A stretch of 64,000 nt of DNA from positions 64,001-128,000 of IMG/VR virus record IMGVR_UViG_3300036784_000146. One strand, written 5' to 3'. The DNA comes from a virus. Its lineage: Duplodnaviria; Caudoviricetes. Positions 44,585-54,077 of the stretch are shown here, one piece after another. The notes beneath the pieces are model-generated. The model had not been told where the DNA came from, did not search any database, and saw only the letters and a list, made by a program, of their open reading frames with translations. Numbering within the stretch: the stretch's first letter is position 1; every line of letters starts with the position of its first letter. The position numbers and the translations under genes are program-made.

Positions 44585-44778
44585 CCAACTCAGACAAGGT
44601 CATCGAGAATCGCATCCGGCGCAAGCTGGCTCGACGTCATGGCTGGACCTTGCACAAGAATCCCCGGCGCGATCCGCTGGCTTCCGACTACGGCAGCTAC
44701 GTCATTCGCGACGAGCACGGTGCCATAGTGGATACCTACGTCGACCTCTTTGCGTTGGCAGTGTGGGAGAACCAGTGA
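44581..44778 (+). CDS. Hypothetical protein
   Basis: GTGA overlap; RRDPLASDYGSY motif. Confidence 0.6.
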   Translation: MTNSDKVIENRIRRKLARRHGWTLHKNPRRDPLASDYGSYVIRDEHGAIVDTYVDLFALAVWENQ

Positions 44779-44960
44779 TGGCGCCCAACTTCTGCTCGAA
44801 TTGCGGGCATCGGATCTACCAGCACAACGCGGACGGGTGCGAGCACGTCGACATCACCGAGGCCGAGGGCGAAGGTCCTCTTCAGCGCCAGATGGTCACC
44901 GTGCGCACCCCGTGCGACTGCAAGCAACCTCACCCGTTGATGATCGGAGCCGACACATGA
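44778..44960 (+). CDS. Cys/His-rich Zn-binding small protein
   Basis: CSNCGH..H..GC..CDC. Confidence 0.6.
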   Translation: MAPNFCSNCGHRIYQHNADGCEHVDITEAEGEGPLQRQMVTVRTPCDCKQPHPLMIGADT

Positions 44961-45175
44961 TGTACCGCAACTACGAGACCCCCGTCTACGCCCGTCCGCT
45001 GTTTGAGTCGGAGTCGGTGCGCGTCGTCTACGTGCCGGTGCCGATGCAGGCCCCCACCCGCTCCCCGAACAACGTGGTGCGCTTCATGGCCTGGCTGCTG
45101 GCAGCTGGTCTGGCGTCCTTCGTCATCACCATGGCGATCATGATGTTGATCGCGTTCTCCGGAGGGTTCGGCTGA
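44957..45175 (+). CDS. Small membrane protein
   Basis: C-terminal hydrophobic helix; overlaps. Confidence 0.6.
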   Translation: MMYRNYETPVYARPLFESESVRVVYVPVPMQAPTRSPNNVVRFMAWLLAAGLASFVITMAIMMLIAFSGGFG

Positions 45176-45381
45176 TGTGGTACGAGAACCACGCCACCCT
45201 GGTGGCGTTCGGCCGGGTTATGACCAAGGTCGACGGCTGGGGCGCCGAGGAGGTGCTTGACTACTTCGAGGAGCCCTGGAAGTGGGAGCCCGAGCACACC
45301 GACTGGTCGCACAGGGGGCGCCCGCACGGGCCCGAGGACGACGGCTGGGAACTGTTCGTTAAGGCGATGGAGAAGCTATGA
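45175..45381 (+). CDS. Hypothetical protein
   Basis: TGATG overlap; YFEEPWKWE motif. Confidence 0.65.
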   Translation: MWYENHATLVAFGRVMTKVDGWGAEEVLDYFEEPWKWEPEHTDWSHRGRPHGPEDDGWELFVKAMEKL

Positions 45382-45695
45382 CCGTCAAGACGACCACGAC
45401 GCACACACTGGTGTGCGACCGCTGTCCGCGTGAGCAGCCGGTTGACTTCGACCCGATGCACACCGATCTGTCCAACGGCTGGCAGTGGTGGACGCGCCGA
45501 GGAGTTGAGGGGTGCTTCGGCACCACCCAGCGTCTGCTTTGCCCGGATTGCACAGAACGTCTGACATTGTTCTTGGAGGGCCACACGACCGCGCGCGGCC
45601 GCGTGTTCAACCGTGAGGAGGCCGATCGTCGTTACCGGGCGCATCGGGCCCAAGAAAAGCACGACGAAGACGAAAGGTACGCGCCGTGGAACTGA
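45378..45695 (+). CDS. Zn-ribbon protein
   Basis: CDRC..GW..LCPDC, same pattern as 43404..43658. Confidence 0.6.
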   Translation: MTVKTTTTHTLVCDRCPREQPVDFDPMHTDLSNGWQWWTRRGVEGCFGTTQRLLCPDCTERLTLFLEGHTTARGRVFNREEADRRYRAHRAQEKHDEDERYAPWN

Positions 45696-45711
45696 TCAAG
45701 GGGGAGACATA

Positions 45712-45930
45712 ATGCCAGCAGGATTCGGGAGAGCCCACGGGCGGCGCAGCCGCGGCAACCTGGCCCACACCGGTGGCAGCGAGCACAAGCACGTCACCGT
45801 CACGAGCCACCGCGACACCCCCGACGGGTCCTGCTGGGGCTGCTACTACCACAAGCGGGAGCCTTGGGAGCACGAGCCCGGCCAATGCCCGGTGTGGTAC
45901 GCCCGCGCTTCGGACTTCAGCGGTGCCTGA
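45712..45930 (+). CDS. Hypothetical protein
   Basis: RBS GGGGGAGAC. Confidence 0.55.
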   Translation: MPAGFGRAHGRRSRGNLAHTGGSEHKHVTVTSHRDTPDGSCWGCYYHKREPWEHEPGQCPVWYARASDFSGA

Positions 45931-46178
45931 TGCGCGTCGAGTGGAAGTGCATGACGATGGGCTGCTCCAAGGGCATCCACGTCGGCACAGTCTGGAAGCC
46001 CAGCCGGGAGGCCAAGAAAGCCAACCCGGGGGCGACCGAGTACATGATCGCCGTGCAGCTGGGTCTGTGCACCGATCCGCTGCCGCTAGACCGCAGCCAC
46101 TTCGCCCTGGTGGCTATGGATGACCGGCCCGGGGTGCTACAGGTGCATCCCTGGACGGAACTGAAGGTAATCGATTAA
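45930..46178 (+). CDS. Hypothetical protein
   Basis: TGATG overlap. Confidence 0.55.
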   Translation: MRVEWKCMTMGCSKGIHVGTVWKPSREAKKANPGATEYMIAVQLGLCTDPLPLDRSHFALVAMDDRPGVLQVHPWTELKVID

Positions 46179-46191
46179 GGAGACACACACC

Positions 46192-46401
46192 ATGAGAAAA
46201 GTCCTACTGGGGGTGATGGCGGCCCTCTCGATATCGGGATGCGCCAAGACGACACCGGCCGCCCCACCGGCCCCACACGACGGCGGCAATTTCTTCAAGT
46301 ACTACGAGTACGTGCTGACGAGTCCCCATCCCGACGACACCTCCTGCCAGCCCAAGGATCTACACGACCTACTGATCGCGCCTTGCGACGGGCAGCCGTG
46401 A
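46192..46401 (+). CDS. Small lipoprotein
   Basis: MRKVLLGVMAALSISGC lipobox; RBS AAGGAGACACAC. Confidence 0.7.
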   Translation: MRKVLLGVMAALSISGCAKTTPAAPPAPHDGGNFFKYYEYVLTSPHPDDTSCQPKDLHDLLIAPCDGQP

Positions 46402-46760
46402 GGGTCCGCGACGAGGCGGCCTGGCAGGAACGCCGGGCGGCGCTGACCGAGGACGGCGAGATCGGCCAGGAGTTCCTGAAGTTCGTCGAGGACTGGGCCG
46501 ACACGGCCGAAAGAGACTACGACGACCAGACGAGCACCACCGACTGGATCCGCCAGGCGTTACCCAAAGTCGAGGAGAGGCACGGCCGAGTGGACTTCAT
46601 GTTCCTCGGCCAGATGCTGGCGGTGCTGGCCGAGCACTGGGAATACGGCCCCCAGCTGATGAGGGGTCTCACCCCCATCGAGCGCCGCCTGGTGGAAGAC
46701 CTGACCTTGTTGAAGGTCGCAGTGGAACAGAAGAAAGCAGAGACACATGGAAACCTTTGA
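46398..46760 (+). CDS. Hypothetical protein
   Basis: GTGA overlap; codon bias. Confidence 0.65.
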   Translation: MRVRDEAAWQERRAALTEDGEIGQEFLKFVEDWADTAERDYDDQTSTTDWIRQALPKVEERHGRVDFMFLGQMLAVLAEHWEYGPQLMRGLTPIERRLVEDLTLLKVAVEQKKAETHGNL

Positions 46761-46932
46761 GACCCTGGCGGTCAGCGTGCTGCTGATCGTCTGGGCGGTC
46801 ACCGTCTTCCTGATGGTGCACTGGCGCCACGTGCTGGACGACCCCAACTACTACTGGCGCCTGAAGCAGGAAGAGCGCGACTGGTTCGCCTGGACGATTG
46901 CGGTAAAGGGCACGGTGTCCGCCAATGACTAG
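46747..46932 (+). CDS. Small membrane protein
   Basis: N-terminal TM helix. Confidence 0.6.
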   Translation: METFETLAVSVLLIVWAVTVFLMVHWRHVLDDPNYYWRLKQEERDWFAWTIAVKGTVSAND

Positions 46933-47224
46933 CGTGCCCCAGATCCCCCAAGACCTGCCCGCTCGGCTGGACAGCTTCGAGCTGACTATCAGGATGGATG
47001 CGACCCTGACCGTAAACGGTGACCAATGGTTCAAGCCTGGCGCCGAGGGCTCCATGAAGTGGAAGGGCTACGAGTGGTCCGGTCAGTGGGTCGACCCGAT
47101 CCCCACCGAGGCCGAGCTGCGCACGGCCTACCAGCTGATCCAGTCCGGCATCCTGGCGCCGGTGCTCCAAGAGGTGATCACCGCCGCGCAGGCCCGGATC
47201 TCGGAGGCGAGGAAGGGCGCCTGA
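46925..47224 (+). CDS. Hypothetical protein
   Basis: Codon bias; overlap. Confidence 0.65.
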   Translation: MTSVPQIPQDLPARLDSFELTIRMDATLTVNGDQWFKPGAEGSMKWKGYEWSGQWVDPIPTEAELRTAYQLIQSGILAPVLQEVITAAQARISEARKGA

Positions 47225-47230
47225 TCAGTA

Positions 47231-47292
47231 CATTAGGTATGTCTTAGGGGTAAGTTATAGTAAGATTGTAGGAACGAGAGGAGACACACGAA
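47231..47292 (+). promoter_or_regulatory. AT-rich promoter region plus GGAGACACAC RBS heading the replication operon
   Basis: GGTAAGTT, TATAGT and TAAGAT -10 candidates. Confidence 0.6.
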
Positions 47293-48018
47293 ATGCCTGA
47301 GCAAAGCGAGGTCGTGTTAGCGGCCGTAAGCGAGCTGGTCAAGGCGTCTGGCGGCGATGCCGTCGTGGCGCTGCAGGCCTTACTCGAACAAACACAGCGC
47401 GATCTGGTCGTCGCCGAGAAGTCGACGGTGGCCGGTCGCAAAGCAAAATACCGCAAGATGTGGGAGGACTTCGAGTCCGACACCAACGTCGAGGATCTGG
47501 TCGGGACGGCCGAGAAGTTCAACGGCCTGATCGACCGCATCGCCAAGAACCACTTGGCGATGCCCGACGGGATCATGACGGCGCCGCAGGCTCAGGGCTT
47601 CATGGAGGAGCACCTGGAATCCCGCGACGTCACCGAGGTCCTGGATGCCCGCAAGGAGCTGCGTAAGGCCGCTGTGTTCGCCCATATCGATGCGGTGCTG
47701 GAAGCGCAAGGGGTCGCCGACCCCGGCAACGCTAACGGCGAGCTGGAAGTCCCCGAGTGCGGCATGAAGTTCTCGCGCGAGGGGGCCGGGCTCGGAGATC
47801 CCGAGCTGGACGAAGGCAAGTTGCGCGTGGCGTTGGGCGAGGCGGTCTGGGCACAGATCAGCGATAAGGAGATCATTCCGGCTCGCGTGGAGCTGTTGCT
47901 GAACAAGACTCGGCTGCTCGACCTGGCTAACCGGGATCCACAGATCCTGGAAAAGCTGCGCGACTGCCTGATCCCCGGCAAGCCCAAGTCACCGCGTCTC
48001 AACGTCCGGAAGTTGTGA
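47293..48018 (+). CDS. Coiled-coil protein (weakly Gam/Gp157-like)
   Basis: Helical N-terminus, G.KFSR..LDE.KL C-terminus; function uncertain. Confidence 0.55.
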   Translation: MPEQSEVVLAAVSELVKASGGDAVVALQALLEQTQRDLVVAEKSTVAGRKAKYRKMWEDFESDTNVEDLVGTAEKFNGLIDRIAKNHLAMPDGIMTAPQAQGFMEEHLESRDVTEVLDARKELRKAAVFAHIDAVLEAQGVADPGNANGELEVPECGMKFSREGAGLGDPELDEGKLRVALGEAVWAQISDKEIIPARVELLLNKTRLLDLANRDPQILEKLRDCLIPGKPKSPRLNVRKL

Positions 48019-48033
48019 TTTTGGGAGCGGTGA

Positions 48034-48606
48034 ATGCAGGAAAACACAGAGGAGGACTGGGCGCTCGTAGCAGCGCGCCAGTTTTCTGAATCAGCCAGCG
48101 GGATGGGCCTGAAGGTCCCGATCGAGGCCGTGGCCGAGGTCTTTCGTCAGATCGAGACGATTGACATCGACCTGGCCGGGGTCGAACGCGTCTACAACAC
48201 CGAGGAGACAGCGCAGTTCCTCGGCAAGAGTTCGCAATGGATGTACTGGGCGCTCAAGCTCCGCGAGGATAACGGCGGCGACCAGTTCTACCGGCCGAAG
48301 GTGGATTCCGACACCAAGGAGCCGGTGTTCGACGAGCAGGGTAATCCGGTGCTGGAACGCATCGAACCCGAGCGCATCGGCAAGAAAGGCATCCGTCGCT
48401 ACACGCTGAAGATGATCCAGGAGATGGGCGTGTCGATGCATCGCAACGCCACCATCGACTTCGACGAGCTGAAGGGGGTCGTCCGGCGTGTACAGATGGC
48501 CCGGATGGGCAGATGGCATCCGGCCGTGAAGAAGAAGCCCAAACGCAAACGCAAGACCAGCAAAGCAGAGGCATCACGTGGACCAGAAGAGCAAGGAGCT
48601 GATTGA
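48034..48606 (+). CDS. MerR-like HTH DNA-binding protein
   Basis: YNTEETAQFLGKSSQWMYW...GIRRYTLKMI; K/R-rich tail. Confidence 0.7.
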   Translation: MQENTEEDWALVAARQFSESASGMGLKVPIEAVAEVFRQIETIDIDLAGVERVYNTEETAQFLGKSSQWMYWALKLREDNGGDQFYRPKVDSDTKEPVFDEQGNPVLERIEPERIGKKGIRRYTLKMIQEMGVSMHRNATIDFDELKGVVRRVQMARMGRWHPAVKKKPKRKRKTSKAEASRGPEEQGAD

Positions 48607-49639
48607 CGGCTTCGTCAAGGAAGGACGCACCCGGGCGCTGACCTACCTGGCTGGGATCACTCCGGCATCAGAGCTGTACCCGCTAGGGCGTGGCTCCGGT
48701 GCTGACGTCTACGACGAGTACGGGGCTGTCTTCCTGGACTTCGCCATAGGCACCCAGCTGCTGTTCGGTCATCGCGATCCGGCAGTCGCCGAGCGGATTC
48801 TGGTCCAGATCCAGCACCACACCTGGCAGGGCGGTTACGGCCAGTACCAGGACCGGCTGGTGAGCGAGTTCGCCGAGCAGCTGTCGTCGCGGTTCCCCGC
48901 CGATCAGGGCACTCCCAAGCAGGTGTGCTTCGTGTCCAGCGTCTACGAGGCGCGCACGGTGGCCGCCAACATCTGCCTGCCGCCAGCGGCCGGGGGTGCG
49001 TACTTCCTGACCCTGCTGGATCCCCAAGGCAATCCCCGCGAGGGTGGCGAGATCCAGGACGATGTGCATCGGGCCCGCGCCCAAGGGCTGAAGATTGTCG
49101 CCGACGAGGTCGACACCGGCTGGGGGCGCACCGGCACGTTCTGCTTCTACGAGCAGTACCACACGGTGCCCGACGTGGTGATCCTGGACAGTGCCGGGAT
49201 GGCCGGGATCCCGTCGGCGGCGGTGATCGCCGGACGCCATTTGTTTGAGGGGCCCGCATTTCTTACGGTGCGTAAGCACATCGAGCTGGTGCCCAACCCG
49301 TTGGCGTGTGCAGCCGGATCGTCACTGCTGGAACGGATCACGCCGGAGTTGATGAAGCATGTCGAAACGTTGGGGGCGGTGCTGCGTTCCGAATTAGACT
49401 CGGTGTGTGGCCAGTTTGGCCACGTCCTGACTGGTTCCTCGGGAGCCGGTCTGGTGCGGACGATCAGGCTTGCCGTCCCCTCCCGGGCCGACGAGTTCCG
49501 AGCATTCTGCCGCAACGCAGGGTTACTGATCCAGCCGAACCTCCGGCTAACCCCACCACTGACGGTGACCGAGAAACAGGTCAGGGGCGCGGTGGACGCC
49601 GTTGCAGCGGCGTGCATCGACATGGGTGGTGTGTTGTGA
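48578..49639 (+). CDS. Class III aminotransferase homologue, degenerate
   Basis: RGSGADVYDEYG..LDF..GH.DP, ADEVDTGWGRTG, NPLACAAG, LRLTPPLTV; PLP lysine absent. Confidence 0.8.
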   Translation: MDQKSKELIDGFVKEGRTRALTYLAGITPASELYPLGRGSGADVYDEYGAVFLDFAIGTQLLFGHRDPAVAERILVQIQHHTWQGGYGQYQDRLVSEFAEQLSSRFPADQGTPKQVCFVSSVYEARTVAANICLPPAAGGAYFLTLLDPQGNPREGGEIQDDVHRARAQGLKIVADEVDTGWGRTGTFCFYEQYHTVPDVVILDSAGMAGIPSAAVIAGRHLFEGPAFLTVRKHIELVPNPLACAAGSSLLERITPELMKHVETLGAVLRSELDSVCGQFGHVLTGSSGAGLVRTIRLAVPSRADEFRAFCRNAGLLIQPNLRLTPPLTVTEKQVRGAVDAVAAACIDMGGVL

Positions 49640-49648
49640 GGGGGAGGG

Positions 49649-49753
49649 ATGATGAACACCGGAGAGCCGGACGAGATACATACCAAGACCGAGGTGGCGA
49701 TGATCATCGTGGGGCTGGGGATCATGGCGATCTTTCTGATGATCGTCCTCTGA
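49649..49753 (+). CDS. 34-aa membrane peptide (not in ORF track)
   Basis: RBS GGGGAGG; VAMIIVGLGIMAIFLMIVL. Confidence 0.5.
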   Translation: MMNTGEPDEIHTKTEVAMIIVGLGIMAIFLMIVL

Positions 49754-50100
49754 AGATCGACCAGATCTACGCCGGTCAGCTTGACGCGGTCTACGACGCG
49801 TGGTCCAAGCTGGATAAGGCGCGTGAGGCCTACATGCGTCAGCTGTATGCCGATATCGCCGACTTCCGCAGTGCCCACTGGTCTGATCCCATGAGGCTGT
49901 TGGTGGCCGAACAGGACTGGGACATCGTGGTGGCCGGGACCTATCACTACCCCGCCGACGCGAAATACTCGCACGAAAAGGTGTGGCATAACCCGGCCAA
50001 TCACCCCGGGGAAGGGACAATTCTGGGTATCCCGGCCCGCAAGGATGCCACCGTTACCCCCGGCCGAGCCCGGTTGATTGGCGTAGGAGGTCAGCGATGA
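49750..50100 (+). CDS. Hypothetical protein, start uncertain
   Basis: Coding-like from CTG 49750 (CTGA overlap); alternatives are GTG 49636 or ATG 49834. Confidence 0.45.
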   Translation: MKIDQIYAGQLDAVYDAWSKLDKAREAYMRQLYADIADFRSAHWSDPMRLLVAEQDWDIVVAGTYHYPADAKYSHEKVWHNPANHPGEGTILGIPARKDATVTPGRARLIGVGGQR

Positions 50101-50267
50101 TCAATCCGCCGTGCCCGAAGCCGAACAAGAAGGCCTATGACCGGCTGTCGGCTGCACTCAAGGCCGCCGACAAGGTCACCCGCTTTGATGCCCGGCCCTA
50201 CCAATGTGAGTGTGGGAGATGGCATCTGACCAGCATCAAGATGGCAGAGAAGGAGCGCCGACGGTGA
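50097..50267 (+). CDS. 56-aa Zn-binding protein (not in ORF track)
   Basis: RBS AGGAGG; C..K..Y...YQCECGRWHLTS; overlaps at both ends. Confidence 0.65.
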   Translation: MINPPCPKPNKKAYDRLSAALKAADKVTRFDARPYQCECGRWHLTSIKMAEKERRR

Positions 50268-51061
50268 CCGCCCCGATCGACGACGTTGCGTCCGACTCCT
50301 TGTCCGACAAGGAGGCCGCGCGCGTTTACGAGCGCTTCCCTGACCTGCGCAAGCAGTGCCCGACCTGCAAGGGCCGAGGGTCCTATTGCTGGGAGGGCAA
50401 GGAGTACGAATGCGATTGCGCGCGCCAGATCTCGCTGGCCAAGCACTACACCGCCGCCGGGATCGGTCGGGACTTCCAGCGTATGGACTGGTCGGACTGG
50501 CAGGGCAGCGAAGCGGCGTTCCGTCAGATTCACGACTATCTGCTCAGGTATGAGGCCTACCTGGATCGTGGTGTGGGGTTGGTGTTGTGGGGTGAGGTCG
50601 GCACAGGTAAGACCTTCTTGGCCAACATGATCGCCAAGGAACTGGTCCGGCGTCGGGTCACCACCTACGCATCCACCGCCTCCAACATGGTGGAAGCCTT
50701 CACTGCGAGCTGGGGCGGTTCGGAGGAGGCAGGGATTCAAAAGGCGTGGTTCGCGCGTAAATTCATGTACTCCGACGCGCTGGTCATCGATGACATCGGC
50801 AAGGAGTTCAAATCCAACAACCGGCTGTCGCCAACCACTTTCGACATGATCTTGCGCACTCGTGACCAGGACAGCCGGGCCACATTCATCGCTACCAACC
50901 TGGCTGGTCAGCAATTGTCGTTCGGCTACGGCGCGTCGGTCCTGAGTATGGTGCAGGGTCGCAATATCTTGGTCGAGGTCGTCGGGGTGGATTATCGACT
51001 GAGCAGTGGTCATATCCGACGCAGGGAGATCGACCAGGGCGAAACGCGCCCGATCGTGTGA
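50264..51061 (+). CDS. DnaC/IstB-like helicase loader
   Basis: CPTC..CDC, GEVGTGKT, LVIDDIGKE, IATNL, GVDYR. Confidence 0.88.
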   Translation: MTAPIDDVASDSLSDKEAARVYERFPDLRKQCPTCKGRGSYCWEGKEYECDCARQISLAKHYTAAGIGRDFQRMDWSDWQGSEAAFRQIHDYLLRYEAYLDRGVGLVLWGEVGTGKTFLANMIAKELVRRRVTTYASTASNMVEAFTASWGGSEEAGIQKAWFARKFMYSDALVIDDIGKEFKSNNRLSPTTFDMILRTRDQDSRATFIATNLAGQQLSFGYGASVLSMVQGRNILVEVVGVDYRLSSGHIRRREIDQGETRPIV

Positions 51062-51075
51062 GAGGGGGAGTTCTA

Positions 51076-51357
51076 ATGAGTGTCCATCGTCCCAAGGTCC
51101 AGCAGGGGCGCAAGTGCACACGCATCAAACCGGCGCTGCACATTCCCGACCATGCCACCAACCACCACAAACGCATCGACAGAGTCCTTGGCGAGATCGT
51201 CTATGACCACGAGAAGCCGATCGGTCCTCCTAAGCCTCCGACCGAACCCAGTACTCACAGACATAAGTACAAGAAGCTATTGCGGGTGAACCCCGAGAAT
51301 GGTAATCGCGTGATGGGCTGCAACTGCGGGGATTACACGGTGGTGCCAGTGCCATGA
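51076..51357 (+). CDS. Hypothetical His/Cys protein
   Basis: RBS GAGGGGGAG. Confidence 0.5.
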   Translation: MSVHRPKVQQGRKCTRIKPALHIPDHATNHHKRIDRVLGEIVYDHEKPIGPPKPPTEPSTHRHKYKKLLRVNPENGNRVMGCNCGDYTVVPVP

Positions 51358-51411
51358 GGGACCTGTTGCACCGGCTGTGGCTGAAGATCCTACGAACGAT
51401 CGGATTGGGCG

Positions 51412-51570
51412 ATGAGTGAGCCCGAGCCCACCATCGGCAAAGTGGTCAAGAAGGCCGAGGAGGTAAGCCCGGCGGCTCTGCGTGTCGGCGGCATGTTCTT
51501 CAGATGGGAGGCCACAATCGATATCTCTGAGGGCCCCGACAACTGGAAGGTGGTGTCCCAGCGTGTCTGA
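51412..51570 (+). CDS. 52-aa hypothetical protein (not in ORF track)
   Basis: MSEPEPTIGKVVKKAEE...; fills the gap before DnaB. Confidence 0.45.
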   Translation: MSEPEPTIGKVVKKAEEVSPAALRVGGMFFRWEATIDISEGPDNWKVVSQRV

Positions 51571-52825
51571 GCTGGAACGGCGGCTGCTGGCCAACCTCAC
51601 CACCTCCGACGAGATGGCGGTGGCCTGGGACCTGGGCCTGTCCTCGTCGGCGTTCACCGAGCCCGTCTGCGCGGCGATCTTCAACTTTATGGTCGGCTAC
51701 TGGCAGCAGGAGCATCAACGGCTGGCCCCCACGCTCAATGTGGTGGCCAATCAGTTCCCCGGAGTGTTCCTGCCTACCGACGAGGCGATCTCGACCACCT
51801 GGGCCGCCGAGAAGCTCAAGAACGACTTCGCGGCACTGAACATCCAGGAGAAGATGCTCGAAGCTGCCAAGATCGCCATGGTGGATCCGCAGGGCGCGGT
51901 GAAGTACCTGCGCGCGGAGTCTCACGCGATGGCCGAGGACATCACGCCGCGCCATTCGCGCTCCAACATGGCCACCAACATCGACGAGCGCCGACAGCGC
52001 TACTTGGAACGCACCCAGGGTGACGGGCAGGGTGTCACGCTGGGCATCCCCGAGTTGGATGCCTGGACCAACGGGCTGCTGCCGTCCGAGCTGGCGGTGA
52101 TCGGTGCTTACTCCAAGACCGGTAAGACCATGTTCTTGGCCAATTGTGCGGTGGCTGCCCGCAACGCCGGGCTGAAGCCGATCTTCTTCTCCCTGGAAAT
52201 GCCCAAGGGGGAGATCGAGGACCGCATCGACGCGATGTACTCCCGATTGTCCTACGATCGGCTCTCGCACAGCCGCCTGACCATCGAGGAGATGCAGGTT
52301 CTGCACGAGAAACAGGCCGAATTGGCCGCGTTGGGGGATCTGCTGATCGAGCAACCCGAGGGCGATGACCGCCAGGCGGCCTCGTTGGTCAACCGGGCCC
52401 GCCATGTCGGTGCCGATCTGATCATCATTGACCAGCTCTCTGAGATGGAGCCCGGTCGCAAGACCAAGGACCTCAAGGAGCACCACTCGGTGTGCATGAA
52501 GCAGCTCAAGACCGAGTTGGGTCGGGGGTCGGCCGGGCGGTTACCGGCCTTGCTGGCCGTGCAGCTCAACCGGGACAGCCAGACCCGCCGAGAGGGCATC
52601 GGGCTGGACTCCTTCGCCAACGCCACCGAGATCGAGGCGATTTGCGACTTGGCGTTGGGCCTGTGGCGCACCGATGAGATGCGCCAGCAGAACGGCATGC
52701 GGCTGAAGATCCTCGGCGCGCGCCGGTCTGGTCTGCGCGAGTGGTCGCTGCACTGGCATCTGGTTATGCGCACCGAGATCCGGGTCGACAAGGTGATCGA
52801 CGACAATCCGCTGGCCACGTCGTGA
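51563..52825 (+). CDS. dnaB: DnaB-like replicative helicase
   Basis: GAYSKTGKT, FFSLEM, IIIDQL, VQLNR. Confidence 0.9.
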   Translation: MSELERRLLANLTTSDEMAVAWDLGLSSSAFTEPVCAAIFNFMVGYWQQEHQRLAPTLNVVANQFPGVFLPTDEAISTTWAAEKLKNDFAALNIQEKMLEAAKIAMVDPQGAVKYLRAESHAMAEDITPRHSRSNMATNIDERRQRYLERTQGDGQGVTLGIPELDAWTNGLLPSELAVIGAYSKTGKTMFLANCAVAARNAGLKPIFFSLEMPKGEIEDRIDAMYSRLSYDRLSHSRLTIEEMQVLHEKQAELAALGDLLIEQPEGDDRQAASLVNRARHVGADLIIIDQLSEMEPGRKTKDLKEHHSVCMKQLKTELGRGSAGRLPALLAVQLNRDSQTRREGIGLDSFANATEIEAICDLALGLWRTDEMRQQNGMRLKILGARRSGLREWSLHWHLVMRTEIRVDKVIDDNPLATS

Positions 52826-53913
52826 CAGACGTCGGCATGCAGTCGCTCTCCGAGCGCCGTTGGTATTACCGCTACCTCAACGCGTTGGACGCGCGCGAGG
52901 TGCTCGACCACTACGGCGCCGAGAACATCACCGAGATGCCCGGCGGGGAGGGCACCACCGAGCTGGTGCACAGCTGCTTGCTGGACCGGGTGGATCCGCA
53001 CCACAAGAACGGGGACGCCCACCCCAGTGCGTCGGTCAACGTCGAGAAGCGCAAGTTCATCTGCTACGCCAGCAAGTGGCGCGGAGACCTGTTCCACCTG
53101 GTGATGAAGATGGAGGGCAAGGAGTCCTTCTCCGATGCCCTACTGGCCGTCTCCGATCTGATCCACGCCGGGCCCGACGACGAGCAGGGCTTCAGGGCCA
53201 AGCTCACTCGGACGATGTCGAAGCCGGGCATGTACGCCATCGCGCCTCCGGACTACGGGCTGAGCATCCTCAACCCGTGGCGCCAGTGGTCGATGCCGCA
53301 TCCCTACCTCAGCTCGCGCGGCATCACCGAGGAGGCGGTCGAGCTACTGCAGCTGGGCTGGGACGACCAGGACAATCGCATCGTGTTCCCGCACTTTTTC
53401 GAGGGCAAGCTGGTCGGCTTCCAGAAGCGGGCCATTCCCGCCGGTCCGACCTGGCCGCCGACGGCCGAGCCGGAACCCAAGTACCGCAGCAGCCTGGGCT
53501 TCCCGAAGGCTGAGACGCTCTACGGCTACGACCGGGCTCGCAACGCCAAGCTGGGCAACGTGATCGTGGTCGAGTCGCCGTTCAGCGTGGCCAAGGCCCA
53601 CAGCCTGGGTCTTCCTCTCCCTGTGGTGGCGACGTTCGGGGCCAAGGTCACCGACAACCAGCTGGCGCTGCTCAACAACTTCGATCTCGTCAGGGTGTGG
53701 TTCGACGACGATCCGGCCGGACGTTCCGGGGAGCGGCACATCGTCGAGAACTTGGGAATGAACAAGGTCCTAGTCGTCGAGCCGGACCCGGGAATGGATC
53801 TGGCCGACTACGATACGAAAGAGCACGTCCAAGCAAAGCTCGCGCAGGCCGTACCCGCGTTCATGAAGCGGGCGCAGTACGACACCGTGGGCCTTCGAAG
53901 GAGCATGAAATAA
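52822..53913 (+). CDS. DNA primase (Zn-binding plus TOPRIM)
   Basis: C..H..D.HPSASVN..C, YLSSRGI, RIVFP, PKY, VVES, WFDDDPAG, DLAD. Confidence 0.88.
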   Translation: MTDVGMQSLSERRWYYRYLNALDAREVLDHYGAENITEMPGGEGTTELVHSCLLDRVDPHHKNGDAHPSASVNVEKRKFICYASKWRGDLFHLVMKMEGKESFSDALLAVSDLIHAGPDDEQGFRAKLTRTMSKPGMYAIAPPDYGLSILNPWRQWSMPHPYLSSRGITEEAVELLQLGWDDQDNRIVFPHFFEGKLVGFQKRAIPAGPTWPPTAEPEPKYRSSLGFPKAETLYGYDRARNAKLGNVIVVESPFSVAKAHSLGLPLPVVATFGAKVTDNQLALLNNFDLVRVWFDDDPAGRSGERHIVENLGMNKVLVVEPDPGMDLADYDTKEHVQAKLAQAVPAFMKRAQYDTVGLRRSMK

Positions 53914-54077
53914 TGGATCCAGCCACGTTGCACGCAATTCTCGTCTTCAGCGTTCTAGCCATCGCCATCGTTCAGGTGGCGTCGTTCATCTTGCGGGTCG
54001 CCCCGTGGGGTGGTCCTGCGACTCCTCCCACCTACGGCGGCAACCCGGTCGTCACCGGCGTCCAAACCCGGCCGTAA
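53913..54077 (+). CDS. Small membrane protein
   Basis: TAATG overlap; single TM. Confidence 0.6.
   Translation: MDPATLHAILVFSVLAIAIVQVASFILRVAPWGGPATPPTYGGNPVVTGVQTRP

Noticed and set aside
51354-51419. 21-aa ORF MRDLLHRLWLKILRTIGLGDE
   Set aside because: ATGA-coupled but too short to support without expression data
53913-54077. Holin
   Set aside because: Single TM within the replication operon, with no adjacent endolysin
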